Assembly: GCF_009914755.1 (NCBI RefSeq)
Contig: NC_060941.1
Direction: 5' to 3' (one strand)
DNA: 64,000 nucleotides
DNA from: the human T2T-CHM13v2.0 reference genome, Homo sapiens
The notes under the pieces are model-generated. The model ran no database searches, had not been told where the DNA came from, and saw only the letters and a program-made list of their open reading frames with translations. This document shows positions 37,621-57,917 of this stretch, piece after piece (the stretch's first letter is position 1; every line of letters starts with the position of its first letter). Both the position numbers and the translations under genes were made by a program.

Positions 37621-38577
37621 CGGAACCCTGACTCCGGTGAGGAGGCCACGCTCACCTGTCTTGGGTCCCCTAAGTCCCAGGCCTTGTCTGCATGTCAGCC
37701 CAGGGCTGGGGCTGCACCCCTGCCTAGGTCTCCCAGGCCCAGCCTCTGACTGCATTCCAGGCTTCTCGCCCTTCTAACTCTCCTGCGGCCTCCCTGCCTC
37801 GCGCCCAGGTCTGTTTGGGTCTAGGTAACCAGGGTTGGGTGGCGGCCTCGGGAAGCCGATGTGCTGTGGGAAGTGTGGATGCCGCGTAGCGGTGCCTCCA
37901 TGGGAAGCCGTGCCTCCAGCTCAGGGACAGATGTCCTCAGTGGGGCCCACTGTCCAGCTGGACATCTCTAGAGCCTCCGGGACAAATTTAGACTGAAACC
38001 CATTGAACCTTTGGAAACATTCATCAAATAAACTGAATTGGGAGCATAGGAACAGAAATAAATGAAGGTCATTCCCTGCAGAGAAGAACCAAAACCACAG
38101 AGAATGAAGAACTAGGTTTTAGAATAGGAGCATCTAAAAATAGTTTGTACAGGTGCAGAGAGGCTGCCTTTTTGCTCATGATGACAAGAAACATCAGAAC
38201 CTCAAAACAGGGCTTAGAGGAGCCACCTTTCCCCACAAAAAAAGGTGTGGATTGTACCTCTCTTTCCTTTAAAGAACCCCAGGATTGGTTAATGGTTCTG
38301 TGGGATATGGGGGCCTAAGTCCTGGCCCAGAATTTATTGAAGTGTTTGGGGGAACCTGTAATCAATACGATTTTATTCTTAGGAACATTTTCAGCAGGAC
38401 ACGGTGGCTCAGACTTGTAATCCCAGCACTTTAGGAGGCGGAGGTGGGTGGATTGCTTGAGCCCAGCAGTTCAAGACTAGCTTGAGCAACATGGCAAAAC
38501 CCCATCTCTACAAAAGGAAAAAAAAGGAACACTTTTCTTCAGAAAAGGAAGATGTCAATGGACTGAACAGTAGATTA

Positions 38578-38922
<345 letters not shown>

Positions 38923-39036
38923 TTACAATATTATCAAAATGTGAATTGAAGCCAAAAGCAGAAAATCTCTTGTGGGCAGGGAGTGGACAGCAAAAGGCTT
39001 TTTAAAGGAAGATATTCCACACAAAAAAGAATGGAG

Positions 39037-39698
39037 CCTCTTTCCCTCAGCGGCCCAAGGTAATCTGTGAAAAAGGTTCACTATTCACTTGACCTCGAGA
39101 ACCCCACAAAATCACGCAAATCAAGAGGTTCCAATATTCGTGTTCACTTTAAGGTATGCGATTCATAGTTGTGATCCAAGAGTTCCTCGTGTTCCACTCA
39201 AAAAACACTTGTGAAACTGCCCAGGCCATCAAGAGTGTGCATATACGAAAAGCCACGAAGTCTCTGAAAGATGTCACTTTACAGAAACAGTGCGTACCAT
39301 TCTAATGTTACAGTAATGAAGTTGGCAAACAGTGGGGTTGGACACAAGGTCGGTGGCCCAAAAAGAGTGCTAAATTTTTGCTGCACATGCTAAAAAATGC
39401 AGAGAGTAATGGTGAACTTAAGGGTTTAGATGTAGATTCTCTGGTCATTGAGCATATCCAAGTGAACAAAGCACCGAAGATATGCCACTGGACCTACAGG
39501 GCTTATGGTCGGATTAACCCATACGTGAGCTCTCTCTGCCACACTGAGATGATCCTTACTGAAAAGGAACAGATTGTTCCTAAACCAGAAGAGGAGGTTG
39601 CCCAGAAGAAAAAGATATCCCAGAAGAAACTGAAGAAACAAAAACTTATGGCACGGGAGTAAATTCAGCATTAAAATAAGTGCAATTAAAAGGAAAAC
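39037..39698 (+). pseudogene. RPL17P: RPL17 (uL22) processed pseudogene, full length
   Basis: Starts with the 5'TOP-like CCTCTTTCCC. Translation matches RPL17 (…[10 protein letters not shown]…[29 protein letters not shown]). ATG mutated to AAG at 39073, premature TAA at 39303, 15-nt deletion near 39327. TSD AAAAAGAATGGAG at 39024-39036 and 39699-39711. Confidence 0.97.
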
Positions 39699-40294
39699 AA
39701 AAAGAATGGAGGAAAATTAATAAAGGCCATTAAACAAGGTAAAGTTGTGCAATGAGAATTCAAAAATAGATTTGTAGCAAAGATTAAAATAATGCATGTA
39801 TAATACAGTGCTAGGAAAATAACAGGTCCTCAGGAAAAAATATTAGATAAAGTAACAAAGATTTGCATTTCCAGACCACTCAGAATTGGTTTGTGAATCA
39901 TTCTGTAGTGATTCACATCAGATTCACACCAATTCTGTGGCCAATTTACACATTCATAAAGCATCACAAGAAGTTCACACAATCTGGATTCTGAGCATGC
40001 AATCAGAGTGATTAGATTGGACTCCATATGGCCTAATCAGAGAAAGAGTAAATTTGAGAGGAGAAATGAGAAAGGGAAAAAGAAAACCAACATTACAACA
40101 AAGTAATTAGAAAAAGGGGCCCACTCACACCATGGTGTCTTTGGGTTTATGTGACTCCACTGTAAATATTAACAGCAAACTTAGTTGTCACTCATGCTTG
40201 CAGAGAAGCTAGAAGTAGGTTAAATTATACATCTCAGTCCTATAGCACTTGTCAGCTCTGTACCCCATGAAGTCCTAAATTCTGACATATCTGT

Positions 40295-40667
40295 TGCTAT
40301 TGTTTGAATGTGTCCTCCAAATTTCATGTGTTGGAAACTAAATCCCCAAATTCATATGTTTATTGGAGGTGAAGCCTTTAGGAGGTAATTAGGATTAGAT
40401 AACGTCATCACGGCAGAGTCCTATTATGGGACTGGTGGCTTTATAACAAGAGGAAGAAAGACCTGAGATAACATGCACATTTTTGCCCTCTCGCCATGTG
40501 ACGCCCTCTGCGATGTTATGACATAGCAAGAAGGCCTTCACCAGATGCCGACACCATGCTGTTGGACTTCTCAGCTCCCAAAACCGTGAGCTAAATAAGC
40601 TTATTCTTTATAAATTACCCAGCCTCCCCAGGTATTCTGTTATAGCAACAGAAAACAAACCAAGATA
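40295..40667 (+). mobile_element. MST-type (MSTC-like) MaLR solo LTR
   Basis: TGCTATTGTTTGAATGTGTCC ... AATTACCCAGCCTC ... GGTATTCTGTTATAGCAACAGAAAAC. Confidence 0.7.
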
Positions 40668-40993
40668 TCTGTGAAAGCCTAGATACACTAGGCACACTAA
40701 ATATCAGGAATCCAAAAATTGCTCTCTCTGGAATCCATTTCCATACATTACTTCCCTTAATCCTTACAATAACCCTTTGAGATAGGTTATACTCCACACA
40801 TTTTAGAGTTGAGGAAACTGGCAAAGAAAAGTTGGGTGACCCATCCAAAATCACACAGCTAGTAGGTAGCAAGGACTTGAGGCCCTGTCCTGACATCTGG
40901 CCCTTTGGCATAGTTGTTACCTCTTTCTTGGTAGAATGGATCTCCATACCTTAGATCTTCCTTATTTGTATTGCTGAAGACATTTTTACAATT

Positions 40994-41024
<31 letters not shown>

Positions 41025-41025
41025 G

Positions 41026-41319
<294 letters not shown>

Positions 41320-42481
41320 TAAACCCATAAAAGTAAATTCTGATTAACAATTAGAACAGGTCAGTTGCGGTGGCTCACACCTGTAATCCCAACACTTTGG
41401 GAGGCCAAGGCAGGTGGATCACTTGAGGTCAGGAGTTCAAGACCAGCCTGGCCAACATGGCAAAACCCCGTCTCTACTAAAAATACAAAAATTAGCTGGG
41501 CGTGGTGGTGCATGCCTGTAATTCCAGCAACTGGGAAGGCTGAGGCACGAGAATGGAGGTTGCAGTGAGCCGAGATCACACCACTGCACTCCAGCTTGGG
41601 TGACAGAGCGAGACTCTATCTCAAAAAACAAAACAAAACAAACAACAAAAATCCCAATTAGGACAAAGCCCTCTTTTACAATTAATATCATATATCAGGT
41701 TGGAAGACAGCTGTGGTGGTCCAAAAAAGACAGCCTCATATTCATTAATGTTGACAGAATTACAGAGCTCTGTCTGCCACTGGGCCTCTCTCTCTGCACA
41801 TAGCCCTCACTAATAAGCCACACTCATCATCAGCTGCATTTTGTGAGCATTGAGGAAGCATGGCCTTTGGGTTTAATAAAGTACCGAGTCCAGCTCTCTA
41901 GGCTGAAAAACATCTCCAAAGACAAGGTCAGCCAAAATTGTCATGGGGGCAAAGATAAATGGAAAAAGTCATATTTATTGTCAAATAGGGACTGGCTGGA
42001 TAGGATCCTCATCCCTTGCTAGTTGCACTCACAAGCTGTTACCCCAAGAGACATAGCACTTTCCACTTCCAACATTCCATTTCTCCAATGCAACGGGCAT
42101 CCAAATCACTCTAGTGTCTTCAGACCATTGAACATACATGGCACTCTTCTAATCAGACAGACCATTGAAAGACTTTAGGCCCTGACTGTTTAGCCACATT
42201 TACATGGGTTTGAACTGAACCACATCTTCGGAAAAACCAAAGCCTAATAGGTCACAGAAGCCTTAAAAGGGGGACAGGCAGAGAGAAAAAACAAGGCAAT
42301 TGTTTCCACCTGTAATCTTTTTGGATTTTCCCATTTTAAGAGAGGGTTTCTTTCCTATTTGAGGGCCTTGAGGCACATCATATGAAATGAATGAAAACCT
42401 GGCATCAAACAAAATCATCATGAAAATCTAAATGCCCAACGTTCACAAACTCCCCGAATCTGCATTTTTACCCCCAAGTAG

Positions 42482-45045
<2,564 letters not shown>

Positions 45046-45363
45046 GCATCATGATTATAAACACAATTTTTATGAAAACAATCTTGAAGGCATATCTTTG
45101 CATTTATCCTTGTTTCTTTAGTACATATTCTCTAGAAATAGAAATGTCTAGACAAAAGCATCTAAAAAACATTTGTCATATTATAATCCAAAAAGCAAGT
45201 TCCAATTTATACGTGCTTTTCCCATCTTGCATGACAATATTTATTTCCACATATTCTTGCCAATGTTGGTAATTATCCTAGTTTGTATTTGTCAATTTTC
45301 TATATTCTACAGAAGTTTTTTGTTGTTGTTGTTAAATAAGGTTTAGCTGGGCGTGGTGACTCA

Positions 45364-45756
<393 letters not shown>

Positions 45757-46261
45757 TCAAAGAGCTGTCAAAACACTCAGCAATCAAGACATTTAAAATA
45801 TTTAATATTTCCAAAAGTAAAAATTAGTGCAAAAATCTCTGATGAACAAAGTATCAAAATTTTACATAAGATGGGTTTCCACCCTGCACAACTGCATGCT
45901 TGCCTCACTCCTAGTCCTTGCCCTGGTAAGTAGCGTCCTAGTCTTTATTATTTATTTATTTATTTGTTTGCTTTATAGAGACAGGGTTTCACATGTTGGC
46001 CAGGCTGGTCTTGAACTCCTGACCTAAAGCGACCTGCCTGCCTCAGCCTCCCAAAGTGCTGGGATTATAGGTGTGAGCCACCATGCCCAGCCAGAGTCCT
46101 AGTCTTTAAAGGGACCCTTTAGCCACATCTGCATAAGTCACTTGATCTAATCTCTTCATTTGATCACAACGCTATACTGTAGTTTAATGTCTTACCTCTG
46201 TCATAGAACACAAGACAGTGCTTGGTTCCATATCCTAGGAAAATAGGGGGCCAGGACATCA

Positions 46262-46444
<183 letters not shown>

Positions 46445-46767
46445 TTAATTAATGATGGGTGTGGTGCTGTGCACCTGTAATCCTAGCTACTCAGGAGGCT
46501 GAGGTGGAAGAATCACTTGAGCCTAGGCGTTCAAACTGCAGTGAGCTGTGATCACATCACTGTACTCCAGCCTGAGCAACAAAGACCCTGATTCAAAAAT
46601 AAATACAAAATTTAAAAAAAAAAGTTTTATTTTTAGACAGGGTCTCGTTCCCAAACTGCTGGGATTATAGGCGTGAGCCACCTGGCCTGGCCAGATCTTT
46701 CTTTTCCTTTTTTTCTTTCTTTTCTTTTCTTTCTTCTTCTTCTTCTTTTTTTTTTTTTTTTTTTTGA

Positions 46768-46872
<105 letters not shown>

Positions 46873-47091
46873 TGAGTAGCTGGGATTACAGGCACCGCCA
46901 CAACGCCAGGCTAATTTTTTTGTATTTTTAGTAGAGATGGGGTTTCACTATGTTGGCCAGGCTGGTCTTCAACTTCTGACCTCAGGTGATCCACCCGCCT
47001 AGGCCTCCCAAAGTGCTGGGATTACAGGTGTGAGCCACCGCACCAGCCAGATCTTTTCTTTTCTAAAAGGCATAAAGCCCTGTGGGTGTTG

Positions 47092-48056
47092 TGAAGGGGT
47101 GGGTTGCCCCTCCACACCTGCGGGTGTTTCTCATTAGGTGGAACGAGAGACTTGGAAAAGAAAAAGACACAGAGACAAAGTATAGAGAAAGAAATAAGGG
47201 GGCCCAGGGGACCAGCGTTCAGCATATGGAGGATCCCGCCAGCCTCTGAGTTCCCTTAGTATTTATTGATCATTCTTGAGTGCTTCTTCGAGAGGGGGAT
47301 GTGTCAGGGTCACAAGACATAGGGGGGAGAGGGTCAGCAGACAAACACATGAACAAAGGTCTTTGCATCATAGACAAGGTAAAGAATCAAGTGCTGTGCT
47401 TTTAGATATGCATACACATAAACATCTCAATGCTTTACAAAGCATTATTGCTGCCCACATGTCCCACCTCCAGCCCTAAGGCGGTTTTTCCCTATCGCAG
47501 TAGATGTAACGTACAATCGGGTTTTATACCGAGACATTCCATTGCCCAGGGACGGGCAGGAGACAGATGCCTTCCTCTTGTCTCAACTGCAAGAGGCATG
47601 CCTTCCTCTTATACTAAACCTCAGCACAGACCCTTTACGGGTGTCGGGCTGGGGGACGGTCAGGTCTTTCCCTTCCCACGAGGCCATATTTCAGACTATC
47701 ACATGGGGAGAAACCTTGGACAATACCTGGCTTTCCTAGGCAGAGGTCCCTGCGGCCTTCTGCAGTGTTTGTGTCCCTGGGTACTTGAGATTAGGGAGTG
47801 GTGATGACTCTTAAGGAGCGTGCTGCCTTCAAGCATCTGTTTAACAAAGCACATCTTGCACCGCCCTTAATCCATTTAACCCTGAGTTTGACACAGCATA
47901 TGTTCCAGAGAGCACGGGGTTGGGGGTAAGGTCATAGATTAACAGAATCTCAAGGCAGAAGAATTTTTCTTAGTACAGAACAAAATGGAGTCTCCTATGT
48001 CTACTTCTTTCTACACAGACACAGTAACAATCTGATCTCTCTTGCTTTTCCCCACA
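47092..48056 (-). mobile_element. HERV-K(HML-2) solo LTR, LTR5_Hs-like
   Basis: Minus strand starts TGTGGGGAAAAGCAAGAGAGATCAGATTG and ends CAACCCACCCCTTCA; 965 bp. Perfect 6-bp TSD GTGTTG at 47086-47091 and 48057-48062. Confidence 0.95.
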
Positions 48057-48154
48057 GTGTTGTATTTATTGAATTAAGATTGATGCTTCATGTTCTTCAA
48101 CAGACCAGGAGAGTTTATCTTTCTTATTTAATAAGGTTTTTTGTTTTGTTTTGA

Positions 48155-48304
<150 letters not shown>

Positions 48305-48791
48305 TAGCCTTTTTACTGAAAAATTTATTCACTCACTTATTGGCCAGGCGCAGTACCTCACACCTGTAATCCCAGCACTTTGGGAGGCCCAGGCAGGAGG
48401 ATCACTTGAGCCTAGGAATTCCAGACCACCTGGCCAACATGGTGAAATCCCTTCTCTACTGAAAATACAAAAATTAGCCATGGATGGTGGCACACACCTG
48501 TAATCCCAGCTAAGTGGGGGCCTGAGGCAAGAGGATCGCTTGAGCCTGGGAGGCAGATGTTGCAATGAGGCCAGATCACACCACTGCACTCCATCCTGGG
48601 TGACAGAGCAAGACTCCATCCAAAAAAAAAAAAAAGCATTCACTCACTGTTTTATTTTTCTTATTTAATAGGAAGAAGAAAGTACTGTTCAAATCAGGGA
48701 CTTGACTCCCACAAGACTCCCACAAGAGCCCGGAGTCTTAAGTGGACAATGAGCCGTTTAAAACCATGCACAGGCCAGTCGCGGTGGCTTA

Positions 48792-49073
<282 letters not shown>

Positions 49074-49116
49074 CTAAGTGTCTCAAGCCTGTAATTCCAG
49101 CACTTTGGGAGGCCTA

Positions 49117-49578
<462 letters not shown>

Positions 49579-50314
49579 TCACAGGAGGCAGGGCACCCGG
49601 CGAGCGGCGACCGCGAACGCCTCTGACGGCCGCCCAGCCGCCCCCAGCCAGGCCCCGTCGTCCCCAGCCCCGCCCGGAGTCAACCCACCTCCCTCCTCGG
49701 CGTTCCCTCCTCCACCCGCGTCCCCACCCCCGCCCCGACGTCCCCTCGCTCCCTCTCAGAGTCCCTTCTACCCCGGGGTCCCCCTGCCCTCTGGGCTTCC
49801 TCTAGTCCCTCGTTCCTCCCCTGGACATCTCCTCACCCCTAACCCCCGGCGTCCTCACCGCTCCTCGGAGTCACCCACCCCCGCGTCCCCTAGTCCGCCC
49901 CGGCGTCCCCTTCTCCCCTGCGTCCCCTTCTCCCCTGCGTCCCCTCGCTCCCTCCCAGAATCCCCATGGCCCAGGGATCCCCCCGATCCTGGGCCTCCTC
50001 CTGGGCATCTCCTTAATCCCACCCCCCGGTGCCAGTCCCCGCACCCCGGCGTCCCCTCGCCGGGTCACTACGCGACGCGGAGGAGGCGGAGCCCGAGTCT
50101 CGGCCGCCGGGTGGCTGCTCCGCTGCGGCGCCGCAGTTCAGGCTGGGATGCTCCAGCGCGTCTGTGTTCCCGCACCGGAGAAACCACACTCGCTAGCGCT
50201 CTGAATTGGTGCTGGAATTCAGGAAAGAGGGCGTCTTTCCTCCTTAGCCTCCCAGCCCTAGAACCATACTGCAGAAACGAGGTCTTTAGCGATGCGGAGT
50301 CACCACTTTGGTGT

Positions 50315-50386
50315 GACCTCGTGGCGCAATGGTAGCGCGTCTGACTCCAGATCAGAAGGTTGCGTGTTCAAGTCACGTCGGGGTCA
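50315..50386 (+). tRNA. TRW-CCA2-1: tRNA-Trp (anticodon CCA), intronless
   Basis: 72-nt cloverleaf GACCTCG…GGGGTCA; A box TGGCGCAATGG; B box GTTCAAGTC; anticodon CCA at 50347-50349. The specific locus name is from memory. Confidence 0.97.
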
Positions 50387-50394
50387 AGGTTGGG

Positions 50395-50407
50395 TTTTTT
50401 TTTTTTT
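50395..50407 (+). terminator. Pol III terminator (T-run)
   Basis: 13 consecutive T starting 9 nt after the tRNA. Confidence 0.9.
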
Positions 50408-51593
50408 CTTTCTTAATTGTAGAGGATTGGAAAGAGCGGAATAAAAGTCATAAATGAGAAATTAAGCCCCCTGCAAGATATGTTGTCCTTCCAACGCAAC
50501 GGAAAGCAACTTCTTTTTCCTTTCCCTGGGAATAAAAACGCCGTTCCGTTCCGAGGGAGGGGCAGCACCAACCCTCCGAGCGAACCGCGAGGGAGCCGGA
50601 AGCCACCCAGCCGTGTCGCAGGGAGGGCGCCCCGCCCGCCACTCCCACGCCCACTTCTGCCCGCCCCCCACTCACCTGGGCTCTCACCTGGAAGGGGTCC
50701 CTCGCTTCCCGGAAGTGGGTTCCCCACCCTAAGGACTGGTGTCTTTTGCATCTCCGTCTTCTCCCTGCCTGCCTTGAACTTCTCTTTTTTTGTCTGCCGC
50801 ACTTTCAGGGATTCCTAGTCTCAGTGATGATCTCTCTGGTGGTCCTTTCTCTGACACCTGAATTGACACCTCATTCTCAGCAGGTCTATGATTCGGCCAC
50901 AGCCGTAAGGCCTGGATATTCACTTCAATGTTGTCTAACAGTTGTTACCATGTATGATATCTGGTTGGCGGGTTCATAGGATCTAATGTTACGAAACATG
51001 ATGTTCAGGTCTGAATTCTCTCCACCTGCGTGGTCCAAAAGCCCCAGGCCAAGAAATTATAGTTTCCCAGGTTAGGATACCCCACAGATGCTGGCAGAAG
51101 TTGAGGTAAATTCTCTCTGAGAGAAATACATCCTCACAACAGGCCTTTTAGTTTTCCCACATATAAAGTCCCAGTCGAAATTTACTCATAATACATTTTA
51201 AAGGAAAATAAAGTCTGTGAAGCTGATTCTGCTGTCCACTGTTTTTGCAAAAACAGCAGAATCAGATCCACAGATTCCAGTATGGAGATTATCAGATATT
51301 GAATACCCAATGGATATGTTTAATCTTTTTCAAAAAATAAAAGAGGAGACCAAAAAGTTAACTAGAGAACGATAAACAATAAAAATATATGTGTAAATAA
51401 CTAAAAACAAAATTCTAGCAATGGAAGATTTAATACTTGAAGTTAGAAACACAATGGATATATTTAACAGCAGATTAGACTGAGTTGAAAAAAGAATAAA
51501 ATGGAATATTGTGGTGATTCAAAATATGTGGTCAGTCATGACTAAATATACAAATTGAAAACTGCTCAACCGTATTATAAAAATAGAGGGTCA

Positions 51594-51734
<141 letters not shown>

Positions 51735-52134
51735 CTACTCAGGAGGCTGTGGCAGGAGGATCACTTGAGCCCAGGAGCTCAGGAGGCTGCAGTGAGCCAT
51801 GATCACACCACTGCACTCCAGCCTGGGCAATAGAGTGAGACCCTGTCTCAAAAACAAAACAAAACAAAAAGTAGGCTGGACGGATCACCTGTGGTCAGGA
51901 GTTCGAGACCAGCCTGACCAACATGGAGAAACCCCATCTCTACTAAAAATACAAAATTAGCCAGGCGTGGTGGCACATGCCTTTAATCCCAGCTACTCAG
52001 GAGGCTGGGGCAGAAGAATCGCTTGAACCCAGGAAGCAGATGTTGCGGTGAGCCAAGATCATGCCATTGCACTCCAGCCTGGGAAACAAGAGCGAAACTC
52101 TGTCTCAAAAAAAAAAAAAAAAAAAAGTCAAGGA

Positions 52135-52248
52135 ATTATGTTTTGGTATAAAATTCTTTGATTTCTTTTAGGGCCTGCTGTCTGTCACGTTAGTATCTTA
52201 TTGCTACGAAAAGTCAGTCTTAAGGTCTCTGTTTCTTTCTTTTTCTTT

Positions 52249-52287
<39 letters not shown>

Positions 52288-53050
52288 AGACAGAGTTTCC
52301 CTCTTGTTGCCCAGGCTGCAGGATCTCTGCAACCTTCGCCTCCTGGGTTCAAGCGACTCTCCTGCCTCAGCCTCCCAAGTAGTTGGGATTACAGGCTTGG
52401 TGCACCACTACACCTGGCTAATTTTGTACTTTTAGTAGAGATGAGGTTTCACTATTTTGGTCAGGCTGGTCTCGAATTCCTGACCTCAGATGATCCACTC
52501 GCCTCCTAAAGTGCTGGGATTACAGGCATGAGCCACTACGCCAGGCCAAGGTCTCTATTTAAAATTGGTGCTGGTCAACTGTGCCTGAATTCCAAAGGGA
52601 GGAAGGTATAAGGAAACACGACCACCCATTCCCACCACGGCCTGAACTCGTATTTCAGGTTTACTTTAGAATTGCGCTTGGCCGAGAGGAGGGGTCCGTT
52701 CCGTTGTTTGGGGGGCCTAGGAATTTTTTTTTTTTTTTTTTTTTTTTGAGACGGAGTCTCGCTCAGTGGCCCAGGCTGGGATGCAAGCGATCTCAGCTCA
52801 CTGCAAGCTCCGCCTCCCGGGTTCACGCCATTTTTCTGCCTCAGCCTCCCTAGTAGCTGGGACTACAGGCGCCCGCCACCACGCCTGGCTAATTTTCTGT
52901 ATTTTTAGTAGAGACGGGGTTTCACCGTGTTAGCCAGGGTAGTCTCAATCTCCTCACCTCGTGATCCACCCGCCTCGGCCTCCCAAAGTGCTAGGATTAC
53001 AGCGTGAACCACCGCGCCCGGCCTGGGGAACCTAGGATTTTTAGTTTACA
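52135..53050 (-). mobile_element. MER4-group LTR (5' part), interrupted by two Alus
   Basis: Reverse complement of the MER4D-type 5' sequence also seen at 24769 and 53989 (…CCTGAACTCGTATTTCAGG…TTAGTTTACA). Confidence 0.65.
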
Positions 53051-53749
53051 CCACATACTGGCATCCTTGGCTCCAGAGGGGAGGAATGAGCTTGGGCTTC
53101 AGAACTGAGAATGTTCCTATCAGAATCTGTTCCTTCAATGGGCTAAAGCCTGAGCACATGTCACCAAAGCTGGAGAGCTAAGCGGCACAAGCCGAGATCT
53201 GGAACCCACCTTCTGTTCCTCCCACGCGCCATCTGAACTTGATACTCAACATGAGAAATTCCTCAGCGTCAGCCCCACTCCCACCTCAGAGGAGGGGCAG
53301 CCTCCCTCAGCGGGGACTTCAGCCCCGGGGACACTGCCTGGCCAGGCCTGGGTGAAGAGTCCTCACGACCTCATTCCCTGGAGCTGCCTGTGGGAGAGAG
53401 AACTCTAGAAGCTGAGTGTCAGAAAGAAACCGGGTGATCTCAGCCTAGTTCGTGCTCCAGAGGATACACAAAACTGACAGTGGCTGGGAATAGAGGCAAA
53501 AAGTGTTCAGAGCGGACTACAGAACTGGAAGGTCCCATTTGCATAAAACAGACAGAATGCCAGGGACCCACAGACTCCCACTCACACAGGACTAGAAAGG
53601 AACACGCCAAAACGTTAGTGATAATGATCTCTGGGTGACAAGATAACAGATTTTTTAAAAAATCTTTTTGCCTGTGTTTTATTATTTTGAAGCAACAAAC
53701 AATAAAGAATAGTAGTAAATGTTCCAGCCTACAGTGAGAGGACCTGGCC

Positions 53750-53960
53750 AGAAATCCTGACTCCTGCCCTGATTAGTTGTGTGGCCTGGGACAGTTTATT
53801 TAACCTCTCAGTCCCCAACTTCTTCATCAGTAAAATGGGAATAATAATTGTCCCCACCTTACAGGGCAAATAAGAGAATTCGGTGAATGGATTAGAGTTC
53901 ATACTGCATGAGTGAACACAGAGAGCTTCAAACAGTGCCTGGCACATGGCAAACACCATA
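53750..53960 (+). mobile_element. MIR
   Basis: MIR core TTTAACCTCTCAGTCCCCAACTTCTTCATCAGTAAAATGGGAATAATAA…ACAGTGCCTGGCACAT. Other MIR-like pieces at about 40740-40900, 59030-59215 and 59930-60100. Confidence 0.7.
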
Positions 53961-53988
53961 GACGCTGGCGTTGTGTTCACCATTACTC

Positions 53989-55904
<1,916 letters not shown>

Positions 55905-56217
55905 GTAGCTCTTCTAGAATTATTAATATTTCCAAGGCTAAGAAACTCATCACTAGATCAGTCAGCAAAAGAAGATTGTGTAAGTTCAGAACTTAGACCA
56001 AGAGTGTGTTCCACTGTCACCCAGCTCCAAGACAGGGACCCGTTGATTCTGTGACCTGCATGCTGCGATGGATCATTCAAATGCACAACAGGCTCCTGAG
56101 GCCATCACAGGCCGCCTGGCTCTTGTCAGGCCCTCCTGGTGGGGAGATTTTGACCACAGTTAGCAAAGGATAGAGCAAAGGACAGTTTCGCTGTCTAAAA
56201 AGCAAAATCTCAGAACA

Positions 56218-56231
56218 CCGGCAGAGGGCGC
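56218..56231 (+). promoter_or_regulatory. Candidate CTCF site
   Basis: CCGGCAGAGGGCGC closely matches the CTCF core CC(A/G)SYAGRKGGCRC, in unique sequence with retained CpGs. Confidence 0.55.
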
Positions 56232-57065
56232 AAACGGCAAGCCCAGGAATCACAGGGACGTCACTGCGAACATCTTTTTCCTCCAACATAGAACTAATTA
56301 ACTTTGTGCTTGGGTATTCTCTAAAATAATTTCTGGAAAACCATGTAACCCTTGTACATTTTCTAAGTGGGCATAAAACATTTTCACCATAATTAAAAAT
56401 AGTTGCGAGGGCTGGCATATCGCAAATAGTAACATTTAAAAATAAAACGATTACATCATTGTTTTAAATATATCCAATGACATATACACAACACAATTTG
56501 ATACTGTCACCCATTTTTTAAAAATACATGAACAAGTTCTTCCTTAACAGTCAGAATCATTCATCTTTCCTTTTTCTCTTCATATTTCCGTTCCTTCCCC
56601 CATCAATTTGTAATATACTTTTATGCTGAAAGTCTTTTATTTACCACTCTACCATGACTCTTGCCACAAAAATACAAATGTAAATTGAAAATTAAAATGT
56701 CTCATTTCCTGAGACCTTCAAAGGCTAAGTATTAACAATTTTTCTTTGGGATAGAATTATCACTATTTTAAAAAATATTTTTTGGCTCCCTCAAATCATG
56801 GGAACTATAATTAATATCAACACAGCATTGCTACAAACAACACAAATATATTACACATCTTGATAATGTATTATGAGGTTTTGAAGTTGTCAGACTGCCT
56901 CTTTGGCACCTGACAAGTGTTTCCACCTTGGAGCAATGTGAGGTACAATGTAGGTGAGAAGGTGTCTTTCTTTAGTGACAAATACACTGAGAAGAGAAAG
57001 GAGAAGGCAGTTTTAACCAGAAACTTGGGAATCTGGAACAGTAGTTGCTTTTTTTTTTTCTTTGA

Positions 57066-57401
<336 letters not shown>

Positions 57402-57743
57402 TGAAGATGCGGTCAAAACCTGCTATGGAGAGACTGGGAAAGCTGACCGAGCCAGTGGCCCACTGGAGGGACCACAGCAGAGCAGACGGAGCAATAACAT
57501 TCCAGATGCTGGGGGAGGAGCACACCCCAAGGTCTTTGCATGGCCCCGGAGTGCTGGGCCAGATGTCACTCAGCCAAGTCAACCCAAAGGAAGCCTGGAG
57601 ACCGAGTCACAGGTAGAATCTGTGCAAAGGGAGGAGTAGACATTTTAAAAAAGAAAAAGAAAAACGCAATTTTCCCAAATAGCTTTGTTACTTTTTGACA
57701 AGGAATAACAGAACACCCGTGAGTAGGTAGTTTTTCTGTTTAA

Positions 57744-57917
<174 letters not shown>

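Noticed and set aside
39378-39662. 94-aa ORF matching the RPL17 C-terminus
   Set aside because: Remnant of the processed pseudogene; the true start is lost and there is an upstream stop and frameshift.
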